From Okamejei kenojei (taxonomy: Eukaryota), in contig CM069155.1 in the NCBI GenBank assembly GCA_035221665.1, positions 29,264,001 through 29,328,000 on the forward strand: a stretch of DNA of 64,000 bases, in the 5' to 3' direction. The first letter of the stretch is position 1. Each line of letters opens with the position of its first letter. Under the pieces are notes generated by a model that was given only the letters and a program-made list of their open reading frames with translations, was not told the origin of the DNA and did no database searches. Made by a program: the position numbers and the translations under genes. Below are positions 22,964 through 35,810 of this stretch, piece by piece.

Positions 22964-24102
22964 ATTGTGTGTTTCCCTGATGTTGTAACACTTATGGCAA
23001 TTCTGTCTACGCTGGTATCGCTGATTAAAAGTAACACTTGGTAATATTCTTGATAACACTTGATCACACTTGGCAATATTCTTTGACTGGCAAAGAATAT
23101 TGCCCCAACTAATGTGAAAGAAATGGGACGAGGTACTTTAGATTATTACACCAACTATTCCACACAATGAGAACTTGATTGATTCTACATCCTAACCAAA
23201 AGGCTCCACATTCTTCCATAAATATAACATATCAAATCCACACTAATCTGGTCTACCAGTTTCCACACTAATCTGGATGCAGTTATTGTGCATCAACGTT
23301 AGAAATCTGTACGGGAAATATATTCCTACTTGATAACTTCCCTTTTAGTTTGTGATAGTCCACTTGCTATCGATATAAACAGGAATACTGTTAAGATGTT
23401 TCACAGTGAAAGAAATAAATGCTTTATGTGCATTGTCACTTAAGGACATAATTTAATTGCAAGTTGCAAAGTGATATCGGACTCAAATCGTGTAATGGAA
23501 TGTATGGGTTGCATAACAATTTGTTTGCAGGCAGCTTCTTGTTCAGTGTGTAGCAAAACGATCAATTGGGGTTGTAGAGGAATAATGCCAAAGACGGTAC
23601 AAATCTGCCTCATATTTCAGACTGGTTATTTGGCCCAGCTTTTCGTGCATAAGGTAGAAACATAGAAGCATAGAAAATAGGTGCAGGAGTAGGCCATTCG
23701 GCCCTTCGAGCCTGCACCGCCATTCAATATGATCATGGCTGATCATCCAACTCAGTATCCCGTACCTGACTTCTCTCCATACCCCCTGATCCCTTTCGCC
23801 ACAAGGGCCACATCTAACTCCCTCTTAAATATAGCCAATGAACTGGCCTCAACTACCTTCTGTTGCAGAGAATTCCAGAGACTCACCACTTTCTGTGTGA
23901 AAAATGTTTTCCTCATCTCGGTCCTAAAGGAATTCCCCTTTATCCTTAGACTGTGACCCCTTGTTCTGGACCTCCCCAACATCGGGAGCAATCTACCTGA
24001 ATCTAGCCTATCCAACCCGTTAAGAATGTTGTAAGTTTCTATAAGATCCCCCCTCAGTCATCTAAATTCTAGCGAGTACAAGCCAAGTCTATCCAGTCTT
24101 TC

Positions 24103-25895
24103 ATAGAAACATAGAAACATAGAAACATAGAAATTAGGTGCAGGAGTAGGCCATTCGGCCCTTCGAGCCTGCACCGCCATTCAATATGATCATGGCTGAT
24201 CATCCAACTCAGTATCCCGTACCTGCCTTCTCTCCATACCCTCTGATCCCCTTAGCCACAAGGGCCACATCTAACTCCCTCTTAAATATAGCCAATGAAC
24301 TGGCCTCCACTACCCTCTGTGGCAGAGAGTTCCAGAGACCCACCACTCTCTGTGAAAAGAGCCGTTCTCATCTCGGTCCTAAAGGACTTCCCCTTATTCT
24401 TAAACTGTGACCCCTTGTCCTGGACCTCCCCAACATCGGGAACAATCTTCCTGCATCCAGCCTATCCAACCTCTTAAGAATTTTGTAAGTTTCTATAAGA
24501 TCCCCTCTCAATCTCCTAAATTCTAGAGAGTATAAACCAAGTCTATCCAGTCTTTCTTCATAAGACAGTCCTGACATCCCAGGAATCAGTCTGGTGAATC
24601 TTCTCTGCACTCCCTCTATGGCAATAATGTCCTTCCTCAGATTTGGAGACCAGAACTGTACGCAATACTCCAGGTGTGGTCTCACCATTACCCTATACAA
24701 CTGAAGTAGAACCTCCCTGCTCCTATATTCAAATCCTTTTGCTATGAAAGCTAACATACCATTCACTTTCTTCACTGCCTGCTGCACCTGCATGCCCACT
24801 TTCAATGACTGGTGTATCATGACACCAAGGTCGCACTGCATCTCCCCTTTTCCTAATCGGCCACCATTTAGATAATAGTCTGCTTTCCTGTTTTTGGCGC
24901 CAAAGTGGATAACCTCACATTTATCCACATTATACTGCATCTGCCAAACATTTGCCCACTCACCAAGCCTATCCAAGTCACCTTGCAGTCTCCTAGCATC
25001 CTCCTCACAGCTAACACTGCCCCCCAGCTTAGTGTCATCCGCAAACTTGGAGATATTGCCTTCAATTCCCTCATCCAGATCATTAATATATATTGTAAAT
25101 AGCTGGGGTCCCAGCACTGAGCCTTGCGGTACCCCACTAGTCACTGCCTGCCATTGTGAAAAGGACCCGTTTACTCCTACTCCTTGATTCCTGTTTGCCA
25201 GCCAGTTCTCTATCCACATCAATACTGAACCCCCAATGCAGTCTGCTTTAAGTTTGTATACTAACCTCTTATGTGGGACCTTGTCGAAAGCCTTCTGGAA
25301 GTCCAGATACACCACATTCACTGGTTCTCCCCTATCCACGCTACAATTACATCCTCGAAAAATTACACAAGATTCGTCAGACATGATTTACCTTTCATAA
25401 ATCCATGCTGACTTTGTCCAATGATTTCACCACTTTCCAAATGTGCTGCTATCCCATCTTTAATAACTGACTCTAGCAGTTTCCCCACTACCGATGTTAG
25501 ACTAACTGGTGTGTAATTCCCCATTTTCTCTCTCCTTAAAAAGAGGGGTTATGTTTGCTACCCGCCAATCCTCAGGAACTACTCCAGAATCTAAAGAGTT
25601 TTGAAAGATTATCACTAATGCATCCACTATTTCCAGAGCTACTTCGTTAAGTACTCTGGGATGCAGTCAATCTGGGGATTTATCGGCCTTTAATCCATTC
25701 AATTTACCCAACACCACTTCCCGACTAATCTGGATTTCACTCAATTCCTCCTTTGACCCGCGGTCCCCTGCTATTTCCGGCAGATTATTTATGTCTTCCT
25801 TAGTGAAGATGGAACTAAAGTAGTTATTCAATTGGTCCGACATATCCTTGTTCCCCATGATCAACTCACCTATTTCTGACTGCAAGGGACCTACA
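24103..25895 (-). mobile_element. 5'-truncated CR1 nested in the same orientation inside the full-length CR1
   Basis: Own (CATAGAAA)n tail at 24102-24133; ORF 24368..25384 (338 aa RT, GVPQGSVLGP, KFADD); TTTC at both junctions. Confidence 0.88.
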
Positions 25896-25898
25896 TTT

Positions 25899-28345
25899 CC
25901 TCATATGATAGTCCTGACATCCAAGGAATCAGTCTGGTGAACCTTCTCAGTACCCCCTCTATGGCAAGAATGTCTTTCCTCAGATTTGGAGACCAAAACT
26001 GTACGCAATATTCCAGGTGTGGTCTCACCAAAACCCTGTACAACTGCTGTAGAACCTCCCTGCTCCTATACTCAAATCCTTTCGCTATGAATGCTAACAT
26101 ACCATTTGCTTTCTTCACTGCCTGCTGCACCTGCATGCCTACTTTCAATGATTGGTGTACCATGACACCCAGGTCTCGTTGCATCTCCCCTTTTCTGAAT
26201 TTGCCATCATTCAGAAAATAGTCTACCCTCCTGTTTTTGGCACCAAAGTGGATAACCTCACATTTATCCACATTATACTGCATCTGCCATGCATTTGCCC
26301 ACTCACCCAACCTATCCAAGTCACCTTGCAGCCTCCTAGCATCCTCCTCACACCTAACACTATCCCCCAGCTTAGTGTCATCTGCAAACTTGGAGATGTT
26401 GCATTCAATTCCCACGTCCAAATCATTAATATATATTGTAAATAGCTTGGGTCCAGGCACTGAGCCTTGCGGTACCCCCTAGTCACTGCCTGCCATTCTG
26501 AAAAGGACCTGTTTACTCCTACCCTTTGCTTCCTGTCTGCCAGCCAGTTCTCTATCCACATCAATACTGAACCCCCAATACCATGTGCTTTAAGTTTGTA
26601 TGCTAATCTCTTATGCGGGACCTTGTCGAAAGCCTTCTGAGAGTCTAGATATAACACATCCACTGGTTCTCCCTTATCCACTCTACTAGTTACATCCTCG
26701 AAAAATTCTATAAGATTCGTCAGACATGATTTACCTTTCGTAAATCCATGCTGACTTTGTCCAATGATTTCACCACTTTCAAAATGTGCTGCTATCCCAT
26801 CTTTAATAACTGACTCTAGCAGTTTCCCCACTACCAATGTTAGACTAACTGGTCTGTAATTCCCCGTTTTGTCTCTCCCTCTCTTCTTAAAAAGAGGGGT
26901 TTGCTACCCGCCAATTCTCAGGAACAACTCCAGAATCTAAAGCATTTTGAAAGATTATCACTAATGCATCCACTATTTCTGTGGCTATTTCCTTGAGTAC
27001 TCTGGGATGCAGACTATCTGGCCCTGGGGATTTATCGGCCTTTAATCCATTCAATTTACCCAACACCACTTCCCGGCGATCTTGGATTTCACTCAGTTCC
27101 TCCATCTTATTTGACCCCGGTCCCCTGCTATTTCCGGCAGATTATTTATGTCTTCCTTAGTGAAGATAGAACCAAAGTAGCTATTCAATTGGTCTGCCAT
27201 GTCCTTGTTCCCCATGAACAATTCACCTGTTTCTGACTGCAAGGGACCTACATTTGTTTTAACTAATCTCTTTCTCTTCACATATCTATAAAAACATTTG
27301 CAGTCAGTTTTTATGTTCCCTGCCAGTTTTCTTTCATACTCTATTTTCTCTTTCCTAATTAAGCCCTTTGTCCTCCTCTGCTGGACTCTGAATTTCTCCC
27401 AGTCCTCTGGTAGGCTGCTTTTTCTAACTAATTTGTATGCTTCATCTTTTGTTTTTATACTATCCCTGATTTCCCTTGTTATCCATGGATGCACCACCTT
27501 CCCTGATTTATTATTTTGCCAAACTGGGATGAACAATTGTTGTAGTTCATCCATGCAGTCTTTAAATACCTTCCATTGCACATCCACTGTCAACCCTTTA
27601 AGAATCACTTGCCAGTCTATCTTGGCCAATTCACGTCTCATACCTTCAAAGTTACCTTTGTTTAAGTTCAGAACCCTTGTTTCTGACTTAATTATGTCAC
27701 TCTCCATCTAATGAAGAACTCAACCATATTATGGTCACTCTTGCCCAAGGGGCCACGCAAAACAAGACTGCTAACTAACCCTTCCTCATTACTCAATACC
27801 CAGTCTAGAAAAGCCTGCTCGCTCATTGGTTCCTCTACATGTTGGTTTAGAAAACTATCCCGCATACAATCCAATAAAATCCTCTTCCTCAGCACCCCTG
27901 TCCATTTGATTCACCCAATCTCATTATATAGATTGAAGTCACCCATTATACCTGTTTTACCTTTGTTGCACGCATTTCTAATTTCCTGTTTGATGCCATC
28001 CCCAATTCCACTACTACTGTCAGGTGGCCTATACACAACTCCCACTAGCGTTTTCTGCCCCTTAGTGTTTCGCAGCTCTACCCATATTGATTCCACATCC
28101 TCCAAGCGAATATCCTTCCTGTCTATTGCATTAATCTCCTCTCTCACCAGCAACGCTACCCCACCTCCTTTTCCTTTCTGTCTATCCCTCCTGAATATTG
28201 AATATCCCTGGATGTTCAGCTCCCAGCCTTGGTCCCCCTGGAGCCATGTCTCCGTGATCCCAAATATAGCATAGTCATTAATAGCTATCTGCACATTCAA
28301 CTCGTCCACCTTATTACGAAGGCTCCTCGTATTGAGACTCATAGC
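25899..28345 (-). pseudogene. CR1 ORF2 (APE endonuclease plus RT), frameshifted; its C-terminus continues at 23752-24100
   Basis: LNTRSLRNK, GITETW, YRPP, MGDFN, SDHN (APE); QHGF, FDKVPH, KFADD (RT). Confidence 0.9.
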
Positions 28346-28567
28346 CTTCAGGCTTGTTTTTACAGCACTCTTATTCCTTATACAATTATGTTGACAAGTG
28401 GCCGCTTTTGATTTTTGCCCTGGAAACCCACCACCTCTTATTCTCTGTTTATTATTTTTTTTCTTCTTTCCCCCCTACATGTTGGGTCTGAGTGCTTCCC
28501 TTCTCTGCCTCCTGCCTCAGACCCTGTCTACTGGCTTTCTCTATTTGAGGCCCTCCCCCCAACCGTT

Positions 28568-29502
28568 CTAGTTCAAAGTCCCCCCAGCAGTCTTTGCAAA
28601 TTTCCCAGCCAGGATACATGTCCCCCTCGGGTTCAAGTGCAACCCGTCCCTTTTATACAGGTCACTCCTTCCCCAAAAGAGGTTCCACTGATCCAGAAAC
28701 TTGAATCCCTGCCCTCTGCACCAGTCCTTCAGCCAGGCATTTATCCTCCACCTTGCTCCATTCCTACTCTCACTGTCGCGTGGCACAGGAAGTAATCCTG
28801 AGATTGTTATCTTTGCGGTTCTTTTCCTTAACTCTCTTCCCAACTCCCTAAATTCTCCTTTCAGGATCTCTTCCCTCTTTTTACCTATGTCATTGGTACC
28901 AATATGTACCACGACCTCAGGCTCCTCTCCCTCCCTTTTCAGGATATCCTGGACACGTTCAGACACATCCCGGACCTGGCACTAGGGAGGCAAACTACCA
29001 TCCGGGTCTCCGGACTGTGTCCACAGAATCACCAATCTGACCCGCTAACTATAGAGTCCCCTATTACTAATGCCCTCCTGTTCTTTTCCTTACCCTTCTG
29101 AGCAACAGGGCCAGTGTCAGTACCGCAGGCCAGGTCGCTGTTGCTACCCCCAGGTAGGCTGTCTCCCCCAACAGTACTCAAACAGGAGTACTTATTTTCA
29201 AGGTGTACAGCCACTGGTGTACTCTCTAGCACCCGCCTCTGCCCCTTGCCTCTCCTAACCGTGACCCACGTGTCTGCCTCCTATGGTTTTGGAGAGACTA
29301 CCTCCCTGTAACTCCTCTCTATGACCTCCTCACTCTCCCTGACCAGACGGAGGTCATCGAGCTGCTGCTCCAGGTTCCTAACACACTCCTTTAGGAGCCC
29401 CATCTCGACACACCTGGCGCAGATGTGGATGTCTGGAGGGCTACCCGACTCCATGACCTCCCACATCTGACATCCAGAACAGTAAGCTGCCCTGGCACTC
29501 AT
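28568..29502 (-). pseudogene. CR1 ORF1: CxxC..CxxC zinc finger/leucine zipper plus SGNH esterase (disrupted)
   Basis: YCSGC..ICARC, LEQQLDDL; esterase blocks VIGDS, HIGTND, DGLHLN spread over ORFs 29281..29502, 29029..29232 and 28568..28966. Confidence 0.88.
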
Positions 29503-29699
29503 ACTTCCCTTACCCTAGATACAACACAAAATACAATATATAATACAAAAATACAATACAAAATACAAAGTACAGTACAGTACAACAGCTGGAATCTGAC
29601 TGCCAATCAGCTGCATACTCAAGTCCACCAATCAGTGGCTTCCTCAAGCCCAGTTAATTGCATGGAACGTTACGGATTTAGAACGTTACGGAATTTGGT

Positions 29700-29983
29700 T
29701 CCTCCCTCACTAATGGCTCCTGGGCCTCTGTGAAAACAAAGCCCCGCGCTGGGTTATTACATTCATCGCTCAGACGTCGCTCCGCCCTCATCAACGGCTC
29801 CTGGGTCTCTGCAAAAACAAAGCCCCGAGCTCGGGTTTTAATCTTACCGCTCGGACGTTGCTCCTCCCTCACCAACGGCTCCTGGGCCTCTGTAAAAACA
29901 AAGTAAAAACAAAGCCCCACGTTCGGGTTTTAAGCTTACCGCTCGGATGTCGCTCCTCCCTCACCAATGGCTCCTAGGCCTCT
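29700..29983 (-). repeat. Tandem 81-bp monomers in the CR1 5' UTR (~3.5 copies)
   Basis: GGCTCCT(G/A)GG recurs at 29715, 29796, 29877 and 29969 (periods 81, 81, 92; the last includes an 11-bp duplication). Confidence 0.9.
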
Positions 29984-30599
29984 GGTAGAGAAAGGATTTC
30001 ATATCAATATTACATTAAAAGCTTGATACCTTCATGCACCCGCAACCTAACCGGAATAGCAAACCTTTTGTTCTGTCGATGAATCCCAATTGCCATTGGA
30101 AGAAGATTCAATGAACGTATTTTGCTCTTCAAATAAAGCAGACTGGTGACATTTATCGAAAACTTTGATCATCCTTCATGATCTACTGTGCTACTAAACT
30201 GGAACTTAATATAATATAATATAAATACATTGAAATTATTCTCGGGATCTAGATGCCAGAAGGTTAGACCAGCATGCATTGTACATGTTTATTTATCCTG
30301 GGATAGTTTGGTCATTTTAGTGGCAACAAGTTTTGAGCTAGGATATCTGGGCTGTGAGTCACAGACCAGTTACAATAAAAACTAGTTTCCTTTCTTAAAT
30401 CCATTGGTATCCCAGGTATTCAGGACAATTAAAAACTGTATTTGTCCTTTCTCCTGACACCAACTCAACACGGAAGTGTCATTTTCAGAGCGTGATAATA
30501 ACATAGATTTCAACTGATCTCCAACAGCTCCGACGTTTATTTACATTGCGGTTTATTGTTAAATTAAGCATTCCTTTCCATATCAATCGATTTCCCTTT

Positions 30600-33075
30600 A
30601 GACAATAGACAATAGGTGCAGGACAATAGATAATAGACAATAGGTGCAGGAGTAGTCCATTCGGTCCTTCGAGCCAGCACCGCCATTCAATGTGATCATG
30701 GCTGATCATTCCCAATCCCATTCCTGCCTTCTCCCCATATCCCCGGATGCCGCTATCTTTAAGAGCCCTATCTAGATCTCCCTTGAAAGTATCCAGAGAA
30801 CCGGCCTTCATCGCACTCTGAGGCAGAGAATTCCACAGACTCACAACTCTGTGTGAAAAGGTGTTTCCTCGTCTCCGTTCTAAATGGCTTACCCCGTATT
30901 CTTAAAATGTGGCCCCTGGTTCTGGACTCCCCCAACAAGTTTCCTGCCTCCAGCGTGTCCAAACCCTTAATAATTTTATATGTTTCAATAAGATCCCCTC
31001 TCATTCTTCTAAATTAGACTATATTATTATTTGTTATTTGCACTATATTTGTTATTTATTGAACTTTTACTTTTTTTCCCGTTATGTACAATGTTTACAT
31101 ATTCACATATTCTGTTGTGCTGCAGCAAGTAAGAATTTCATTGTCCCGTCCGGGACATATGACAATAAAACACTATTGACTTGACTCTTGACTCTTGTCT
31201 TGACTTCCAGAGTATACAAGCCCAGCCGCTCCATTCTATCAACATATCACAGTCCAGCCAACCCGAAAATTAACCTTGTGAACCTACGCTGCACTCCCTC
31301 AATAGCAAGAATGTCCTTCCTCAACTTTGGAAACCAAAACTGCACACAATACTGCAGGCATTGTCTCGTTAGGGCCCTGCACATCTGCAGATAGACCTCT
31401 TTGCTCTTATATTCAATTCCTTTTGTTATGAAGGCCAACATGCCATTCGCTTTCTTCACTATCTGCTGTATGTGCACGTTTACTTTCAGTAATGATGAAC
31501 AAGGACTCCCCCCCCCCCCACCGATCCCATTGTACTTCCCCTTTCCCCAATTAGATAATAATATGCCTTCCTGTTTTTGCCACCAAAGTGGATAACCTCA
31601 CATTTATCCATATTAAACTGCATCTGCCATGCATCTGCCCACTCACCCAACATGTCCATCACCCTGCATCCTCATATCATCCTCTTCACAGTTCGCACTG
31701 CCACCAAGCTTTGTGTCATCTGCAAATTTGCTAATGTTACTTTGAATTCCTTCATCTAGATCACTAATGTATATTGTAAATAGCTGCGGTCCCAGCACCA
31801 AGCCTTGGGGTACAGCACTAGTCACTGCCTGCCATTCTGAAAGGGACCCGTTAATCCATACTCTTTGTTTCCTGTCTGCCAACCAATTTTCTATCCATGT
31901 CAGCACCCTACCCCCATTACCTTGTGCTCTAATGTTGCCCACTAATCTCCTATGTGGGACCTTATCAAATGCTTTCTGAAAGTCCAGGTTAACTACATCC
32001 ACTGGCTCTCCCTTGTCTATTTTCCTAGTTACATCCTCAAAGAATTCCAGAAGATTAGTCAAGCATGACTAATGGGCCTTTGTAAATCTATGCTGACTCA
32101 GACCGATCCTGCTACTGCTATCCAACTGTGCCGCTATTTCATCTTTTATAATTGACTCCAGCATCTTCCCCGCCACCGATGGCAGACTAACTGGTCTATA
32201 ATTCCCTGTTTTCTCTCTCCCACCTACCTAAAAAGTGGGGTAACATTAGCTACCTTCCAATCCACAGGAACTGATCCTGAATCTATAGAACATTGGAAAA
32301 TGATCAACAATGCGTGCATGATTTCCAGAGCCACCTCCTTAAGTAACCTGGGATGCAGACCATCAGACCCTGGGATTTATCAGTCTTCAGTCCCATCAGT
32401 CCATCCAACACCCTTTGCTGCCGAATGTGCATTACCTTCAGTTCCTCAGTCACCCTAGATCCTCTGGCCACTAGTACATCAGGGAGATTGTTTATGTCCT
32501 CCTTAGTGAAGACGGATCCAAAGTACCTGTTCAACTCGTCTGCCATTTCCTTGTTTCCCATAATAAATTCACCCTTTTCAGTCTTCAATGGTCCAATCTT
32601 TGGCCTTAACTATTTTTTAAACCTCTTCACATACCTAAAGAAGCTTTTACTATCCTCCTTTATATTCCTGGCTAGCTTACCTTCGTAATTCATCTTTTCT
32701 CCCCATATTGCCTTTTTTAGTTATCTTCTGTTGCTCTTTAAAAGCAACACAATCCTCTGGCTTGCCGCTCATCTTTGCTATGTTATACTTCTCTTTTATT
32801 TTTATACTGCCCATGACTTCCCTTGCAGCCACGGTCGCCCCTTACTCCCCTTAGGCTCTTTCATCCTCTTTGGAATGAACTGATCCTGCAACTTCAGTTT
32901 TATTCCCAGAAATACATGCCATTATTACACTGTCACCCCTGCTAGGGTATCTTTCCAGTCAATTTTGGCCAGCTGCTCCCTCATGGCTCCAGAGTCCCCT
33001 TTGTTCAACTGTAATACTGACACCTCGGATTTACCCTTCTCCCTCTCAAATTGTAGATTGAAACTTATCATAAAA
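30600..33075 (-). mobile_element. 5'-truncated CR1, second subfamily ((CTATTGT)n tail)
   Basis: gacaatagacaataggtgcagga tail; ORFs 31643..32062 (RT), 31247..31477 and 32304..32588. Confidence 0.9.
31013..31206 (+). mobile_element. Rex1-type 3' end inserted into the CR1
   Basis: tattctgttgtgctgcagcaagtaagaatttcattgtcc...caataaa..(cttga)n is the reverse complement of 2165-2250; the CR1 resumes after it. Confidence 0.75.
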
Positions 33076-33589
33076 TGAACAAGCGGGAAATAAAGTAAAC
33101 TCTGGACATGTTGGGTTATTTCCCTCTACGATGCCGTAAAAGGGATTGTAATAAAGTGTGCTCTACACAGATGCTGCTTGACCCACTGCGTTCCTCTTTC
33201 TATTTTGTTTTTGTTTGCTCTGGAACTGTAGTGAAACATATATTCCAGTAGATGGCGCACCAACACTACGTTAGAATAGTCTAATTTGTTTCTCCGGAAG
33301 AAAGTATAGTTATTTATCTGTAGGTAGTCCCACCACACAACTTGAATACAGGCATCTATCAAACCAGTCTTAATGCTAAAGAAATATAATATTCTATGGT
33401 TAAATGATTTCCATCCTAGGCTATGTAGAGTGAGGATCTAAGAGTGTTATTGATGCAACTGCAATATTTCAATGTTATTTCAGTCTCTGCAACACATATT
33501 TCATTGGCGGAATTGCACATGTCATTTTACTACTTTAAAAAACCTAAAAGTGGGATAGCAGTAATAGTTTGCTGAATCGTCCGAACAGC

Positions 33590-33895
33590 TTTCGTTTTTT
33601 TAAGTTTTAGAGATTTAAGGTGTAAATGGGCATTTCGGCCCAGGATTCCGCGCTGGCCACGTTTACCGGTACACCTATCCTACAAACTAGGGACAATGTA
33701 CAGAAGCCGATTAAACTCCAATCCTGCATATCTTTGGGATACCGGAGGACCACCGGTCACAGGGAGAATATTCAAACTCCAATACAGACAGCATCCGTAG
33801 TCAGGAATGAACACAGGTCTGGATTTAAGAGAGAATTAGATAGAGCTCTAGGGGCTAGTGGAATCAAGGCATATGGGGAGAAGGCAGGCACGGGT
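33590..33895. mobile_element. Minus-strand SINE remnant followed by a plus-strand CR1 3' scrap
   Basis: caaactccaatacagacagcatccgtagtcagga (SINE, reversed); ttaagagagaattagatagagctct...ggggagaaggcagg (CR1). Confidence 0.6.
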
Positions 33896-34755
33896 TTTGA
33901 GGAGAGGTGCAGGGGGTGTGGTATTGTTTAGTGGCGGCAGTTATATGAAGGGCGATTGCTAGCTGCTGTGGAGGGTAGCTACAATGATCGGAAGAAATGC
34001 TGACGACGATATGGAGCTCTGCCTCACCAATTACTATTACAATTGAATTATACATCGCCTGTGCTTTCACCTCTTACCGTCTTCTTACCGTCCAGGGATA
34101 GTAAGACTTTACCAGTGTTGTGTTCACATTACACATTTCTTTACATACGGGGAAACAAACATGCATTGCTTAATGGACCACCTGTACTCAGCCCGTAAAT
34201 TGAATCCGGAGCTTCAATTTCGGCCATTCTGTGTTGCTTTCTATGATATTTTTGATGTGGATGAGTGGATATTTTTAAGGCAGAGATGGACAAATTCTTG
34301 TTTCGAACGGGTGTCAAAGGTTATGGGGAGAAGGCAGGAAAATGGGATCAGGAGGCATAGATCGGCCATGATTGAATGCGGTGGAGACTCGATGGACCGA
34401 ATGTGTACCGCAGAACATGTCCCTTATAGCCTCTCGATTAACAAGAAAATATATCGACAGATAAACATACGGGATGTGCTTACAACTGGCCCGTTCACCC
34501 AGTAGGAATCTATTAGAGGAACTGTGTTCTCGACACCCCCCCTCACCTATCAATTACGTGTGGCCTGGGCGTCTGTGGTCTGTCAATGATGTGTTTTGTT
34601 TTTAAATTTCCTGTTTTGTCCATGCACTTGTTAATTTCTGTGCTTTATATTGCCCTCACCGCTTTTAACTCAACCGTACCCATTACAACTCCTACTCAGT
34701 CCTCCCTCACCTTGCTTTCTCTTTCTTTCTGTCCCCCACTCTATATCTGCCATGT

Positions 34756-35123
34756 TAGAAACATAGAAACATAGAAATTAGGTGCAGGAGTAGGCCATTC
34801 AGCCCTTCGAGCCTGCACCGCCATTCAATATGATCATGGCTGATCATCCAACTCAGTATCCCGTACCTGCCTTCTCTCCATACCCTCTGATCCCCTTAGC
34901 CACAAGGGCCACATCCAACTCACTCTTAAATATAGCCAATGAACTGGCCTCAACTACCCTCTGTGGCAGAGAGTTCCAGAGACTCACCACTCTCTGTGTG
35001 AAGAAAGTCTTTCTCATCTCGGTCTTAAAGGATTTCCCCCTTATCCTTAAGCTGTGACCCCTGTCCTGGACTTCCCCAACATCGGGAACAATCTTCCTGC
35101 ATCTAGCCTGTCCAACCCCTTAA
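34756..35123 (-). mobile_element. Short CR1 3' fragment
   Basis: Near-identical to 24110-24475, including the (CATAGAAA)n tail. Confidence 0.9.
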
Positions 35124-35810
35124 TGTTCTTTCTCACCCTCATTTATTTTATTTTATTTTTTTAAATTTTTTTATTGTAGAAACAATATATACCGAGTACA
35201 CTCTTATACGACATTGAGAGTTGTGTAATATACAAAATTATATCATATTGATTATCGATAAATACTATTTATGTTAATTGTAATATTATCCATTATACAT
35301 TTTGTGGTTATTTATTTTATATAATTGGGAGTATATGTAGTATATTCCTAAAATAAGCAATACACTCAGATTTCTCATATCATAGATATTCTTCTAATTA
35401 CCAAATAGAAATCCCCGCTAATATAACTACGTAATACCCAATCTTAAACAAAGTTTTATGATATTCATAATGTTATCAAAATATTAATAATGTTTGTATT
35501 ATTGTTAACTTTATATTTCATAATTATTGTATAATTGAAAATACATAGTTTTATATAATTACAAGTTTAAGACATCTATAATCTTTTCATACAAACAGAA
35601 ATAAGTGTGTACATATTAAAAATTTATATAATATGTTTCTATATTTTTTTTTCCTTAATTAAAGATAGGAAGATAGAGAAAGAGAATAGAAAATAGAAAA
35701 GAAAATGTGAAAAGTTTGATGGAGATTGAAGTATTACTAAATAATCCATTCTTGGAGATACATTCATGATTTATTATATGTATTTCTTCATCCACTCAGA
35801 TATTCAGGCC

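Larger units (their letters stand above)
23659..29983 (-). mobile_element. Full-length CR1 LINE (HER1-like) interrupted by a nested CR1
   Basis: 5' monomer array, ORF1, ORF2 APE-RT (FADD), 3' UTR and (TTTCTATG)n tail; TSD GGTAGA (23653-23658 / 29984-29989); 23659-24102 joins seamlessly to 25900 once the insert is removed. Confidence 0.92.

Noticed and set aside
24555-27256. Apparent tandem duplication giving a two-RT LINE
   Set aside because: Explained by a separate truncated CR1, with its own tail, nested in the full-length copy.
29700-29983. Repeat-spacer-like array (CRISPR-like)
   Set aside because: Whole 81-bp units are homologous with no unique spacers; it is a eukaryotic LINE 5' UTR with no cas genes.
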